A stretch of DNA of 64,000 nt, taken from the NCBI GenBank assembly GCA_907165135.1, contig OU015566.1, positions 5,890,001 to 5,954,000 on the forward strand, read 5' to 3'. This document shows, one piece after another, positions 9,997-23,282 of this stretch; positions within the stretch are counted from its first letter, which is position 1; each line of letters opens with the position of its first letter. The notes under the pieces are model-generated. The model saw only the letters and a program-made list of their open reading frames with translations, was not told where the DNA came from and made no database searches. The DNA comes from Oikopleura dioica. Its lineage: Eukaryota; Animalia; Chordata. Made by a program: the position numbers and the translations under genes.

Positions 9997-10908
9997 ATGA
10001 AAGTTCTTTTCCCGCTTTTCACCCTCGGAACTGCCGTTATTGCTGAGATCAACGAGAGAAGCTATGTTGACAACACCGACTTTCTTCTGTCGGAAGGATC
10101 GGACAATTGGAATGATGATTTCGCGGCTGCTCTCAGTGAAGACATTTCAACTGGGACAGATCTTTTCTTCTCGACGTTTTTCACGGACGATTTTTCAAGA
10201 AAATATCTCAAATTCGGCGAACGAGCGAAAGCGGCGCTGACTCGAACGATGGAAAATCTCCACCAAAGGGATCAATCCTGCATGAGAGCGCCGGAAATCG
10301 AAGGAATCAAGGAAACCGGAGTCGAGATCAAGCGCTGGAATCTCCCAACAACGAACTTCATCACCAGCTGGAAGTCACTCTACTACCAATACGGGCGCTG
10401 GATAAAAGAGCAAATCTACCCCAGTTGTCCTCGAAGAGCGATGGTTTTGCTGAAAAGAATCGACCGCTTCAAACTGATCATGATTTACAAGTACTGCCAG
10501 GAAACCGACGATTCTTCCGTTCAATGCACCAACAAGTATCCCCTTTCTCCCGACTCTTCCGAAGTTGCTCCGTTGAAAGAAATGCCGCATCCGAGAACTT
10601 GGGTGAGCAACATCTACGGGCGCCACAAAGACCTCGAATTTTCCGAAGACATCTGCTCCGACCAAGTTCAAGAAATAAGCTGTCCGCTCCAACATCGAAT
10701 TTCAATCCAATCTGCGAGTTTCGGTCGCGCGCTTGGAAGACCATGCGACGGTGGAAGATTCTGCAATTCGAGTCTCGATTTGACAGACAAGTTGGAATCA
10801 TGTCAGGGCGAAGAAAACTGCTCATTCGATATTGACTCTCATGTCGGGAATTTCACGGACTGCGAGGGAAAAAACCCGCATTTGACTGTCAAATTTAAAT
10901 GTCTTTGA
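9997..10908 (+). CDS. Secreted protein with C-terminal SUEL/galactose-rhamnose-binding lectin domain, single exon
   Basis: 303-aa ORF with signal peptide MKVLFPLFTLGTAVIA; C-terminal ISCP...ISIQSASFGR...C...CQGEENCSF...DCEGKNPHLTVKFKC matches the Gal_Lectin Cys pattern. Confidence 0.85.
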   Translation: MKVLFPLFTLGTAVIAEINERSYVDNTDFLLSEGSDNWNDDFAAALSEDISTGTDLFFSTFFTDDFSRKYLKFGERAKAALTRTMENLHQRDQSCMRAPEIEGIKETGVEIKRWNLPTTNFITSWKSLYYQYGRWIKEQIYPSCPRRAMVLLKRIDRFKLIMIYKYCQETDDSSVQCTNKYPLSPDSSEVAPLKEMPHPRTWVSNIYGRHKDLEFSEDICSDQVQEISCPLQHRISIQSASFGRALGRPCDGGRFCNSSLDLTDKLESCQGEENCSFDIDSHVGNFTDCEGKNPHLTVKFKCL

Positions 10909-11354
10909 CCACCTTTTTCTCAAGAAAAAACTGACTGCTATTGATCTCTTATTTTATCAATCATAATCGACTTATATAATCTCTACTAACAAACTCTATA
11001 AACAAAAGCACTTACCTTTTATTTATCCTTTTAATTTCTTAAATAAATGACACTTTCATTTCATTTTATTGCTTACTGAGTGAGCATTTGAACTTGGCAT
11101 AAATTAAAAATTCACCACTTGCTTTTTAACATTGTGGGACGATGATGATCCTTGTGAGAATAACTGAATAAGAGTTGTCATTCGCAACAGATGATAATTA
11201 AAAAGAATTAACGCCGCTAGTTCAATTGAGAATTATAAAAGAAGACTTCCTCCCACCAAGAACACCGTGACAAAGAGAAACTGTCAATAATTAATAAAAA
11301 ATTTCTTTGAGTTCTTCAGCGACCCTCACAATTGTTGTTAAATTATCTCACAAG

Positions 11355-14300
11355 ATGATCGACTTCGTCATTTTTGCTTTCTTTCTTTTTCCGGGAGTTT
11401 TTGCTTACTGCATCGACCCATGTCAAGAGAAGTCTGAATGCGAGAGTTTCTTGGATTCTTGTGGGATCAACGCTGCTGAAAGTGATCCAGGCCCTGGTCA
11501 CCTTCTTACTTCGCTGACAGTCCCAATGAATTACCAAATTCATTTCGAAATTAAAACGAACGCGTTTGACCCCTGCGCTGGAATGCTAAGTTGTAAGACT
11601 TTAATTGGACCCCATGAGATGGCGCCTGCTCAAGGGACCTTCCTCGCAAATGTGTCTGCCGCGCTGAATTACAAATTTTCAGCAGAAGTTTATTGTGACC
11701 ATGGAATGGCACTTGACAATTGGAAGAATATTATTCATGTTACTATTGGTGCGGATACTGGCAGTATGGGAGATCGAACTTTTAAGGGAGTTGCCATCAA
11801 GGACCTTTATTGTCCCTAATCGTCGATTAGTAATCGATTTTTATATATTTTCAGGTTTGCTATGTCAACTCCCTCAAGCTATCAAGACATCACCAGAAGC
11901 ACTCGATTGAGATCGGCGTCGGTGATCCAAATTATTATAACTCTGTAAGAAACGAAGTTTTTGATTGCTATGATGGAGAATGGAACACCTACGCTGTCGA
12001 AGTTCGGCAACTTGAAAGCTCTCCAACGACGATCCGGTATATCGTCAGTGTTGATGGCACTCAGCTTAGCGAAGGCTCTTATGACTCACGAGAGGCAGTT
12101 ACTTCTGGTGATCTGCAAGTCTTTGTTTCCGACAATTGGCACATCTCTGCAACCTCTTTTTTTGTCCGAAATTTCATCTACCAAACTTTTCCCGAAATCA
12201 CTCCATGCGACGGGCTCCAGAGCTGTACGACAATTATTGGGGCATCTTCTGTTGCTCCGGTTAAGAACACTCAACTGACTACCATTTCCGCCGCTCTGAA
12301 CTACAAATTCTCCGCTGATGTTTATTGCGATCATAGCATGCAAGGTGTGGGCGACTGGTTAGCGATTTTACATGTCACTGCTGGAGAAAACCAGGGCTCT
12401 GTTGGGGATAGAGTGTTTTTTATCAAAAGAAACTCCGTCGATCAGATAGCAGTCATAGTTGCAGATCCAAATGATACAGGAGGAGCTTTCCAAAAGACGA
12501 CGTATGAGGACTGCAATCAAGGCGAGTGGAACACATACAGTGTTGAAGTAAGACAAGTCAAGAGCTCCTCGACAACACTGAGATTCGTCGTCAAAATGGA
12601 CGATACTCAAATTGCGATGGGGACTTATGATTCCAGCATTGCTTATACGTCTGGAGACTTGAAGGTCTTCGTCTCCGACGATTGGCACGACGCGGCGAAA
12701 ACCTATCTTGTCAGGAATTTTTATTATCAAACATTTGATGAACCAATTAATGCAGAACATGTCTTTGTTGTCAGTGCGAAAACAAGAGACATACAGTACG
12801 GAGGAGGCACTGATGGCTCCATTAATTTTGGGTAAGAAGTTTTTTTTAGCTAAATTAATCCTTCTCAAGATTCCGTAAAGATGGATGCTGGGACTTCTGG
12901 CCAACACTTGACAATCCGAATGAAGATGACTTTGTTCAAGGAGAGATTGATACTTGGACTCTTGATGTTTCCACTCTTCCAGACACATGTATCACGAACA
13001 TTGACCAAATTGAAATAGCAGAATACGATGATGACGGATGGTATCCAGAATGGCTAAGAGTGACTGTAGTTGGTGCCGTTACTTGCAAGGTTTTTAAATA
13101 CAGTTATCAGGTAAAAAAGATAAGCATGGAAAGTAGTTAAAATTGCAAATCAAGGTTCGGGAGATCGACAACGAAGTAGAAATTTTCGACAAAATTTTGG
13201 GTCCAGAAATAAGCTCACCAAATTGTGCCGCCGAAAACCTTTGCACTGGACTTGAGAACTGCTTTGTTTTGGTTGGATCCACAGCAGTCGTGCCTTCTCG
13301 AAATAATCTTCTCACAACTGTTGATGCTGCTTTGAATTACAAGTTCTCTGTTGAAGTTTATTGCGACCACAGCATGCCTCTTGATGACTATAAAAATTTT
13401 CTTCATGTGACTGTTGGCGGAAATTACGGCTCTGTCGGGGATCGAATTTTCATGATCGAGCGAAACAAATTTGACCATAAAATAAGCATTTTTGTAACGG
13501 ATCCGAATAATGCGCAATACAAGCACCGAGAGATAAGCGATTTGCCGTGCAGCAATGGAGAATGGAACATCTATTCTGTCGAAGTAAGGCAGATTCTGAA
13601 CTCGCCAACGACACTTCAATACGTCATCAGTTTTGATGGCGCTCAGGTTGGCGTCGGTACATATTCTGCTACTGAAGCCATCACTAGTGGTAATTTGAAA
13701 GTCTTCGTCTCTGACAATTATTTCGATACGGCTTACGCTTCTTTTGTGCGAAATTTCATTTACCAAACTTTCGAAGATCTACCTTTCTGCGAAGATCCTT
13801 GCGCTGGGCGAAAATTGTGCACGACATTCGTAAATAGTTGTTCTGTCATTCCACAACAAAACAACGTCGTTCGAACAGTCAAGGCGGCGTTGAATTATCA
13901 TTTTTCGGTGGATATTCTTTGCGATCACGATTGGCACTCGTCGTGGCATAGCATAATTGAAGTCAACAAGGAACACTCTCAAAGCAATAACTCCCCTGGC
14001 TTCAGGCAATTTGCGGTCTATTCTATTCCATGGTCGCATGAATTGCTTATCACAGTCAATGACCCAACAAAAAGTGATGGAAGGATAATTCTCTACAGAC
14101 CATGCGTCCACGGAGAGTGGAACACATACTCTGTAATTCTAAGACAAGTTCCGGACTCTCCAACGACGCTGCGCTACGTTTTGAGAGTCGACGCCGCTGA
14201 AATCGCGAATGGAACTTATGATGTTAGTCAAGCGTATGCGATTGGTGATCTCTATGTTATGGTTTCGAATAATTACGATGCGGCATCACCGAATAACGCT

Positions 14301-17300
14301 GTTCGAAATTTCTTTTTTCAAAGGTTCGAAGAGAGAAATATTTTTCAAATGGCAAATACTGCGTGGATCGAGAAATCGAAGTATGATAAAGGAAAGCGTT
14401 TTTTCTCAATTGATCTTCACGACAATTATGAAGATTTCTCCATAAGGGAAGAGGATAAAGTGAATAATTTTGAAAATAATTCGTAATTATTAATTACTAA
14501 TTAAGTAGCTATCCACCCTTAGCATTGTCGACCAAAGTTTCAATCCCGCATACTTCGGACTGCAAGAATCAATTAAAGGCCAAGCGGGAGCATGGCATTA
14601 CTTTTCAATTCATCAGCGCGAAATTCAGCCTGGAAAATTGCTGCGAACTTTCAAACATAATGATATTATCTACCACGAGGATATATCATACACAGCAGAC
14701 GCCCTGTATGACAGAACAATTTATGCTCATCTATTTTACGACAGAACGACCTCGGGAGAGCTCGCGGGTATCAGAAATTTCTATCTCGAAACAGTTGATT
14801 CTTGCGTCGAACTTTGCGAAAATATCGCAAGCTGCACACCAAAAGGCTGTTCAAATTCAGACTCAGGCATCGTCTGTTCTTGTCCTTCCGGATATCAGAG
14901 TTTGAACGTCATCGAAAATGACTGTGACAACTACCACTGCTTCGATACTGACGAGTGTCTGGATCAAAATTCATGTCAATCTGCGAACGAGATTTGCGAG
15001 AACACGATCGGAAGCTATTTATGCAACTGCATGAATGGATTTTTACGGAAAAATGGAACATGTGAAGACATAAACGAATGTGAGAGAGAAATTGATAATT
15101 GTCCAGAGTTTTCAACCTGCAAGAATTTGAACGGGAGCTTCGAGTGTGTCTGCAATCCCGGTTTTCTTGAAGAAACTTGTTCTGGATTTTCGAATTGCCA
15201 AAATTTAGAGTGTGTTGATGAAGATGAGTGCTCGCTTGAACCATGTGACCAAAATATGATCTGCAGTAACAGCATCGGAAGCTACTCGTGTGACTGTGTT
15301 GATGGGACGAAAATGGTGGCTGGCGGCTGTTATGATGTTGATGAGTGTGAAGAGGAAAATGATTGCCCAGAATATTCGACTTGCAAAAATATTGAAAGGA
15401 GCTTCGAGTGTAATTGTCAAGCTGGATTTGAAGGCGGGAATTGTCTTGGTCAGCAACAGTGCTTGAATTTTACCTGTTATGATATCAATGAATGCAAAAG
15501 TGGGGAGCACTTGTGCGAAGAAATCTGTATCAATACTATTGGAAGCTTCACTTGCTCGTGCCCCGTTCCTATGCGACAAGTCGACTTGTTTAAATGCGAA
15601 GATGTCAGCTTTGATGGAAATAAAATGACTGAAATGGAGGATGATGAGCTTCAAAAAATGATGGAAAACGAGCTTGAAAGTATTAACGAAAAAATGCAAT
15701 TAGCGCTGAAATTTAAAAACGACACAAAACTTGTTTCAGAAGCAATCGGCGAAGCTTCAGCGAGAACTGGAAACCTTCTGTCAAATCTTCTTGCACCTAA
15801 AAATGGAGATGACTCTTTTCTGAAGAAAATCGGATCATCGAGTGTTGATTTGTTGCTGGAGAAAAGTGAGAGCATAGTTTCGATAAGAACTGGTTTGAAT
15901 ACACTTCTTGAGGCGATTTCCGAGGACTCTCCCTCGACTGAATTTATTGTCTTTGGCGAAAATATTTCAATCCCGATTTTATACGGCGAATCAAGATCAA
16001 GTAAAAAGGGCTTGCTAGCGGAAATCAAATTCAATCCCTTTATCTACTCTGACGACGATTTGAGACTTGCCAATCAAGTTTTGTATTCTTCCAATTTCGA
16101 GGGCTCCGCTCAGATGAAATTCAAACAGAAACCGAAAATGATTGAGAAGAGCTTGGTAGCAGGTCAAGGAGAGGTAGTGAGATTCGACCTTGAGAACAAC
16201 GAGGACTTCTTCGTATTTTTCGATTTCGATAAGAGTATTTACCTTGATGTCTTCGTCGACTTCTGGTACAAGCCCGACCCAAAGCTGCTCTTTTATCGGC
16301 ATCACGTGACTCTTCCTTCGTTTAAAAATTCTTCCGAATTGTCTGCAACAAAATGCACCGTGAACGTCTGCTCAGGTGATCCTTATGGAATACATTTTGA
16401 GAAGAAAGAAATCGAGTTCTGCTTTTCTCGACAGAAATGCTCAATATTCATGCTAATCAGTTCGAATTTTCTCGAAAAAGAGGAAGAAACAAAAATAAGA
16501 ATAACCTCCGTCTCGGCGTCATGCGTAACCGACAAATCAGAAAAATGGAATCGAGACTTCTGCGAAGTGATGAGTGATTCAACCGCTGAAAATATCAAGT
16601 GCTCGTGCGACATCTCTTCCGGCAACAAAATAACATCCCGAGCTGGTGGCTTCACGACTGTCGCGGACTATTACACTGTCTTCGTCAACGAAATGATTAC
16701 AGTTAGTGTGAAACTGTTCCCAGTCCTCCTGGGTCTTCTCTGGATTTGCATTTTTATTCGCAGTCACTTTTTGGACCGTCAGAATAGCAGGAGTAATTTT
16801 CTCCACCCTCCCGCGCTTCTCATACGAAAAAGCTTCCAAACGGTGGCTGGTTTTTACATTCTTTCCATTGACTCGCGATTTTCCTTCAACAAGGCGCCCA
16901 AAATGCTCAAATTGGAAATCTATTATCTGGACTTTCTCGACAGACACCAAATTCTCGAGTTTTATCTTGGCTCCGAAACTAGCCGAATATTTGAAAACGG
17001 AAAAATATTGCATTTTCTGATGCAGCTTCCGATTATGAAAATAAAAAGCTTGAAATTGTCCACAAACTTCCATAAAGAACTCGAAGCATCATTTTTGCCA
17101 AAGAAAATATCTTTCTTCAAAGTTCACCAATTTCCTTTATCGAATTCAAAGGGGTTTATAAGTTGCATGGCTTGGCACGAATCTACGGTTCTTTTTGATG
17201 AGAAAGAAGAGATTTCTATTTTGGGGACCGAAGAAGTTTCCTCTTCAAGAGTTATTACGGACGATAAGTACGAAGAAGGAGAAAGCCTTTTGGAGAAAGT

Positions 17301-19512
17301 AATCGACAATAACCACTGGCTTGGCCCTGCAATATCAAAAAGACAAAGTGAAATTTCGAGGTCTTCGCGAGTTGTTTTCGCTGGATTCTTCTTCTTGCTA
17401 TCGATATTTTTCTCCTTTCTATATTTCTTTTACCTGGCCAATTCAATTTCTACGTACATTCCTATGATGTTCCTGCTCTTTGGACCGCTAACTCTTTCCA
17501 CTCTTCAGTTACCGCTGCTTACAATTGTTTTTCTGATGCTTCCGATGCAGATGTACAGTCGCACTATTCTACTGAAGATTGCTAGAATGCGTTTTATACA
17601 ACGCTTTGTTGTTCATACTTTCGCCGGGTTTTCAATACTGTTTTTTGGCGGACTCATGCTTATTCAAACATCATCAATCAGTGAAATATACTTCGACTTG
17701 TGGATGACAGGAAATTATTTTATTGTCGTTCTTGAGCTCTTTCTGATCCCTCTTCTCTCTGCCTGTTTAAGACAAACAACCGACCAAAGTGAGCTAGAAT
17801 ACATTTTCTTGGATTATTCGGAATCATATGAAAATGGACTGTACCAAAAGCTGAAAAAATCAGTTTTGGATAGAGAAGCGATCACAAATCTGGTCTACAG
17901 ATCGAAACACAAGACTGACTTTTACATCACTTTGCGTCGATTTATTTCTTATTTATTACTGACGTTGAGCTTGTATGGTCTCTCAACAGTCATTCTCCCG
18001 ACTGAGAAGTACTACCTCGACAAAAACTTCCGCGACAAAGTCTCGATCGTCCCAAGCGAAACTCAACTCAACATTTCTTCAACTTGGCATTTGATTCAAG
18101 ACGAAATCGTTCCGCTCATCCACTCCGGCAATCTCATCAACGGCGAAAAGGCAAGCGAGAAAGACAAAGCCTTTGCAAAAGACCATGTTAACTTCCGCCT
18201 TGGCCCTGCTTCTTTGATTCAGCATCGCGATCAATGCGGCTTTTTCACTACTTATTGGAATCAACAACCAAATGCTACAGAACGAACATTAGAAAAGGTC
18301 AAGAAGTCCCCACTTCTTTCCTCTTATTATTCAAAAACACGATCATCTATTTCTTCCGACATCTTTCTCCAAACTCCTTCTCGACTCTCCCGTTCGACTT
18401 GCGCATTCACCTCTATTCTCGGAAGCTCAAAAGAAAGTGCCGATTACATGACAAATTATCTCCGCAAAAACGCCTGGTTTGACCAAAACACAAAATTGCT
18501 CATCTTTGAACAGAGCTTCTTGAACATGAACATCAACGCTTTCGCTCAATTTCGAGCTGTCTTCGAATTCGCGGAGGGAGGTGCTATCATTCCTTCTTTG
18601 ACGATCCAGCAACTCAAAAATGTCGAATTGACGGATTACACTTTCTCATTAAACCTCACTGTTTTTATTGCTCTGCTTTTTTATGAAACAATCGAGATCT
18701 TTAATATTTTGCGAAAGCAGGAAGTAACATTTCTTTCATTTTATAAAACAATTCTGACGACAATCGACGTTGTCATTTTGGCTTTCATCATTCTCCGATC
18801 AAATTATCTCTCCGAAGCAATCGACAATTTCATCCTGGATCCAGAAGGGGCTCCGACATTTTCAAAAGTGTTTTTGATTCAGCATCATTTTATTTCGCTC
18901 GTCGCGATGTCTCTTTTTCTACACAGCTTTCTGCTCATCCACATTCTCTCAACTCTCAACGCCGTCAGACGTAAGAAGTAGAACCTGTCCCTTCTTTATC
19001 AATTTTCAGAGTACAAGAGCATCCTCAAACAACTGAAAAAGACGCTGGCTCCATTCGTGTTGGCGCTTTTGCCGATTCAATTCGGGCTCTCCTCCGTCGT
19101 TTTCCTGATCTTTCGCTACTCATCCTTCATTTTCCGCTCTTTGTGGAAAACCTTCTTTGTCATCATTTGGCAGGGCTATCTCAAGCCTTCAGGTACATTC
19201 CATTTCTCGACAACAAACATAATTTTTGAAGATATGCGAGTTGAAGTGGACGAACTTCCCGATCCGAACTGGCGCTTACTGGCGAAGTTCATCTATTTTG
19301 CTTTGAATCTTTCGATGATGTACTTGACGATGAATGTGATTGTGGCGATCATTTGCGAGACGAATCAGAGCGTCAAAGAAGATGAGCTCGAGTTGGACTG
19401 GCTCAGTCTTGTTTCGGAGAAAATCAAAAAGCTACGAAGAAATGCTGCGTCCAAGAAGATTAACAATGAGAAATCGATTGATCGGAGAGAAACATACAAA
19501 GTGCCTCACTAA
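11355..19512 (+). CDS. Polycystin-1-like (PKD1-family) receptor/channel with lectin-like repeats, PLAT and EGF ectodomain
   Basis: Signal peptide at 11355; ~5 copies of a ~150-aa beta-rich module (AALNYKFSxEVYCDH...GEWNxYSVEVRQ...VRNFxYQTF); PLAT-like segment ~12760-13090 (GGTDG...DNPNEDDFVQGEIDTW...DGWYPEWLRVTV); 1 EGF-like plus 5 Ca-binding EGF; GPS-like C..W...C...CSC; multiple TM helices; polycystin block LRKNAWFDQNTKLLIFEQSFLNMNINAFAQFRAVFEFAEGGAIIP; spliced tail ends VPH-stop at 19512. Confidence 0.85.
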
Positions 19513-20111
19513 TTTTGCAAATAAAACAACCAAAAAATATCGAGTTTTAAAGCGGTTAATAAAGCGTTTATTCTTGGCCCTTTGCTTTTCTAATGATTAC
19601 GATGATGTTTGAGACGAACGATCTTTGAAGAATATTAAAGTATCGTCTCTCCACTTGATACAATGGCTTTGTTGATCCGGGCGATTTCTCGAGCGCGATT
19701 GATGATTCTATTTCTGGCGGAATTCTGCCCAAAGCAGGTTTTAGCTTTTGGTGAAAACAGCAAAGAGAAAAATCATTTTTTCAGACGAAGGCGAGCCGGA
19801 GCGAATTCTGAGAAGAAGAAACTCGAAAAACTAGCAAATGAATAAATTGTACAGTGAACTTCTGGTAGCAAGCCGCTTACAAGAAGAATCAGCATATAAA
19901 CCTTAGCAACTGTACATTTCGAAAAATAGAAATTTTGAAAATAAAAACTCAACTTATTCCAAGGCAAAGAAAAAGCTCTGACATTAAAAATAGAGCACGA
20001 ACGGAGAGCAAACTGTCCAGCTGTCAGACAACCAATGTCCGAAGTCCTCATAAACGAGCTTGTTTTAACTTTTTCACATAACAGCTTTTTCTCTCTCAGA
20101 GATCACTCGTT

Positions 20112-21613
20112 ATGGTTATCAAAGAAGAAAATGAAGACATTGAAAATGCGATTTTCAAAACTAAAATCAAGGTAATTTTTATCTTTATTGGTGATCATCT
20201 GACAGGGATGATACTGTTTAGTTACAAAGTTTAATGGGCATTACAGTTAGCTTAATCATCTTGCTAAAAATAAATTTTGAAAATAGTGCCTCGACTGTGA
20301 CTGCATCGGGACCCTGAGAAAAAAAGGCAAGAAGGTTTATCTTTTTCCGGAAGAAATTCTGACAACCCGAAGCATTCGCACTCAAGAAAACGATATCAAG
20401 AAGAAGGAAAAAACATGGAAAAAAAAGGTCACTGCGAAAATGAGCTTGGCGAAACACGGGAACGCCACCGATCCGCAGCAGTTCAGCTATCTGACTCTTG
20501 GCACCATTTTCTGGGTCACTGTTATGCTCATAGGTAACCTCTCGAGTAATTTAAATATCCACTTTTGCAAGCAAACTTCGCCTCTTTGGAAAAATCCCGC
20601 GGCGTAACGACTTTTCTGACGTCGAGCTGTCACCGAAACTACAAGAAATGCGTTAAAATTTCGACAATGGACTTTTGCGGTCATCTAATGAAGCGATGCC
20701 GTGACACCAAGGAGTTTATCCTTCCCGAGCCGGTTTCGAAGGTAGAGCTTGTCAAAGCGGCGCCCCTTGTTTTTTCACAGGAAGAAAACGAAGTGAATCT
20801 CCGCCGCTGTCAGAAGAAACGCTTTTACGACCAGAGAGTCTGCCGCCATCTCTGCTCGAACGCGCTGGTTTTGAAATCAACAAGGACCAACCCAATCACG
20901 CCCTGCGAGTCAATCTGCTTTGGGCTGACTAGAAATTTCGACTCCGCCGGAGAAGTTTGCCCATTTCAGAAGTACTGTTCCAAAGGTTGTCCGTGTCCTC
21001 ATTACGAGTGCGAGAAGTTGGAGTCGCCTCAAAACTTGTTCCAGTTTTTGATCTCCGAAAATCTGAAAATAGTTTAAACTTGTCAGTGCCTATCTTAAAC
21101 ATATCATCTACAACCCAGTTGACATCAACTGAGTCAACTTCGACGACTTGGTCAACAATGTCGTCTTCACCGCAGTCATTATCAACTTGGTCGACTCCAA
21201 CAACAACAATCATAACAACTCCTATAACAACTTCAACTCCGTCAACGGTGTCTTGGATCAACTCAACTACCCAATCAAATGGTAGCGCAGAGCTGACAGA
21301 AAGTGAACATGAAGAACCAAAATTTGCGATTTTATTGGCCGATTTCTTTGAAAGAAATCAATCAAAAACGACAAATGCCTCAGATTTTTTGTATTCTTAT
21401 GAACGGTTTTGATCAATCTAAAAGAATGTCATCAAAGCTAAATTGTGTTAACATTCAAAAGTTTCCCGGTAAAAAACCTTCAAACCAAAAAAAGTCGACC
21501 GGTACTACTTTTCTCAACGGTGAGCATTACTTGGTCGATGCCTTTGGAAACTTGATGAAAATGAAAGAAAATGGCGATGCTCCGATTTTAGTTCCGAATC
21601 GACGCAAAGACTT
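20112..21613 (+). pseudogene. Type-II membrane Cys-rich / Thr-rich protein, copy 1 (frameshifted)
   Basis: Exons MVIKEENEDIENAIFKTKIK; CLDCDCIGTLRKK...LTLGTIFWVTVMLI (TM); Cys-rich domain; Thr-rich linker; GTTFLNGEHYLVD exon. 1-nt deletion near 21030 (cctcaaaacttg vs cctcaaaaatttg in copies 2 and 3). Confidence 0.7.
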
Positions 21614-21639
21614 GTAAGTCTATCATTTACATATTCTTT

Positions 21640-22960
21640 AAAGATCAAAATTTGGTTCGCAACAAGAGCCAAGGCTTTCGTTTGGTATAAAATTGTGTCG
21701 CCAAGGCGCGTATAATTTTTCGTTTTAAAGAGGCCGCTTCGTTTTCCACTTTGGGTCGTCGATTGGAACTCACCACATTGAGATTCGCCTTAAAGACAGA
21801 GATCGAAAGATCTTCCCCGTCGTTGTTATCTGAAAACGGTCGAAAACCAGATGAACCCTAAAAAGATTATTTGAAAGGTCAAGAATGCTTCCACTCTCTT
21901 GTTGTCCTGCTTTACTTTTTAGACTTACTGTTGCCTCTTGATAACACGGAAAAGGGCAGTTTAGGTGTTGTGTTCCAGTTAGGTGAACACTGACTTTACA
22001 CTTGATTGTGCATGAGTTGCACAGACTGAACGCAGTGGACGATCGAATCCAGAAGGTCCGATTGAAGTCGACAAGCGTATTCGAAGTCGGCACTATCGAT
22101 GACTGGGGGCGATCAGCAATTCCAACGGATTTCTTCGAGTTTGAAACCCAGCAGACTTGTGGAAATTACTAGTCGGGTTCTTGAGCAATCGTGCGCTGGC
22201 GAAAATCAGCGGCGGCAAAAGAAGAGGCTTTTCTACCTGTTTAATGCACTGAAGTTGATTCCAAGTCTTTTTCAAGCTGTTTTCCAGCTGTTTTGGGCGA
22301 CGTTGACGCATGTGAAGAGGAGTTCAACAACGGCCGTGACGAGTTAAAGTTGACCCAGCGAGGCGGGCTAATAGATGACAAGTCGGGCAGTACGTCTCGG
22401 GAGTTTGTGTCGACCAGTGCGAGGCAGTGGCAGATAGGGCACTTCCGTGGGCGTCGTTGTTGAAGTCGAAGGTGTTGCAAACAGCGCTGTCACTGGACAA
22501 AGTGTACACGAGACTTGATTTACCTCAAAGAAGCGCTCAAGTTTTTGAAAAACTGTGAGCAGCGCGTTTTACGCGTCTTTGGGTCGAGACTTTACCAGCT
22601 GAAGTCCATCAGCATAAATTCGGTTGGTTCAGGCAGAAGTAGCAGTGTTGGCGGGATATGTTGTGATTGCGCGCGGCAGTTGGCGGAATCAGCAACGGCA
22701 ACAGTTGTTTTTTGCCTTGGCGCCAGGAAATTGGGCCAAGTTGACTGTGGTGCGGCGGTCGACGTCAGCAAACAGTCGAAACAAGTTCGTCTAGGTCCAG
22801 AGTTGAGCGGCAGAATTCCGGTAGTGCTAAACTTGGCGGCAGAATCGATGAAGTCGAAACGAGTGCCTGCGTTGACTCCGAGTAATAAACCGATCAAGTT
22901 TATTTTCTCCTTCAGGGGCTTTGTGAGGAGCAAATTCAGGCATTTTCGAAGTAAGAATGG
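21640..22960 (+). other. Unresolved multi-exon coding-like segment within the cassette
   Basis: Short GT-AG introns link peptide-like blocks (PLDNTEKGSLGVVFQL|VDDRIQKVRLKSTSVFEVG; GDVDACEEEFNNGRDELKLTQ). Conserved in all three copies; no family recognised. Confidence 0.35.
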
Positions 22961-23282
22961 CCGGAAAAAATATAAATTTTCGATTTGACAGAAATTTCAA
23001 TTAGGGGGTAAACCACTATGTTGACCGTCTTAGTCATTGTCTGAACCCTGAAAATCACCTGAAAAAAACCTTTTTTTTTCATTGCCCGGGGCGATTTTTA
23101 GACCATTTTTATGAATTTCTTGCGGACAATCAAAGCTCACGTGATAATTGACAAAATCACGTGATTAAAATATCTTTGAAAAGCTTATTTTCTGTAGATT
23201 GGCGCAAGAAGAAAAAAATTGAAAATAATTAATTCTTAATACCGAAAAAAATAGTTCTCTAGTTGACCTTGTCGTTATTTCA

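Noticed and set aside
22592-22933. pogo/DDE_1 transposase from the motif KFSTTGILPLN
   Set aside because: Single short resemblance; no upstream DDE motifs or TIRs; strand conflicts with the intron pattern.
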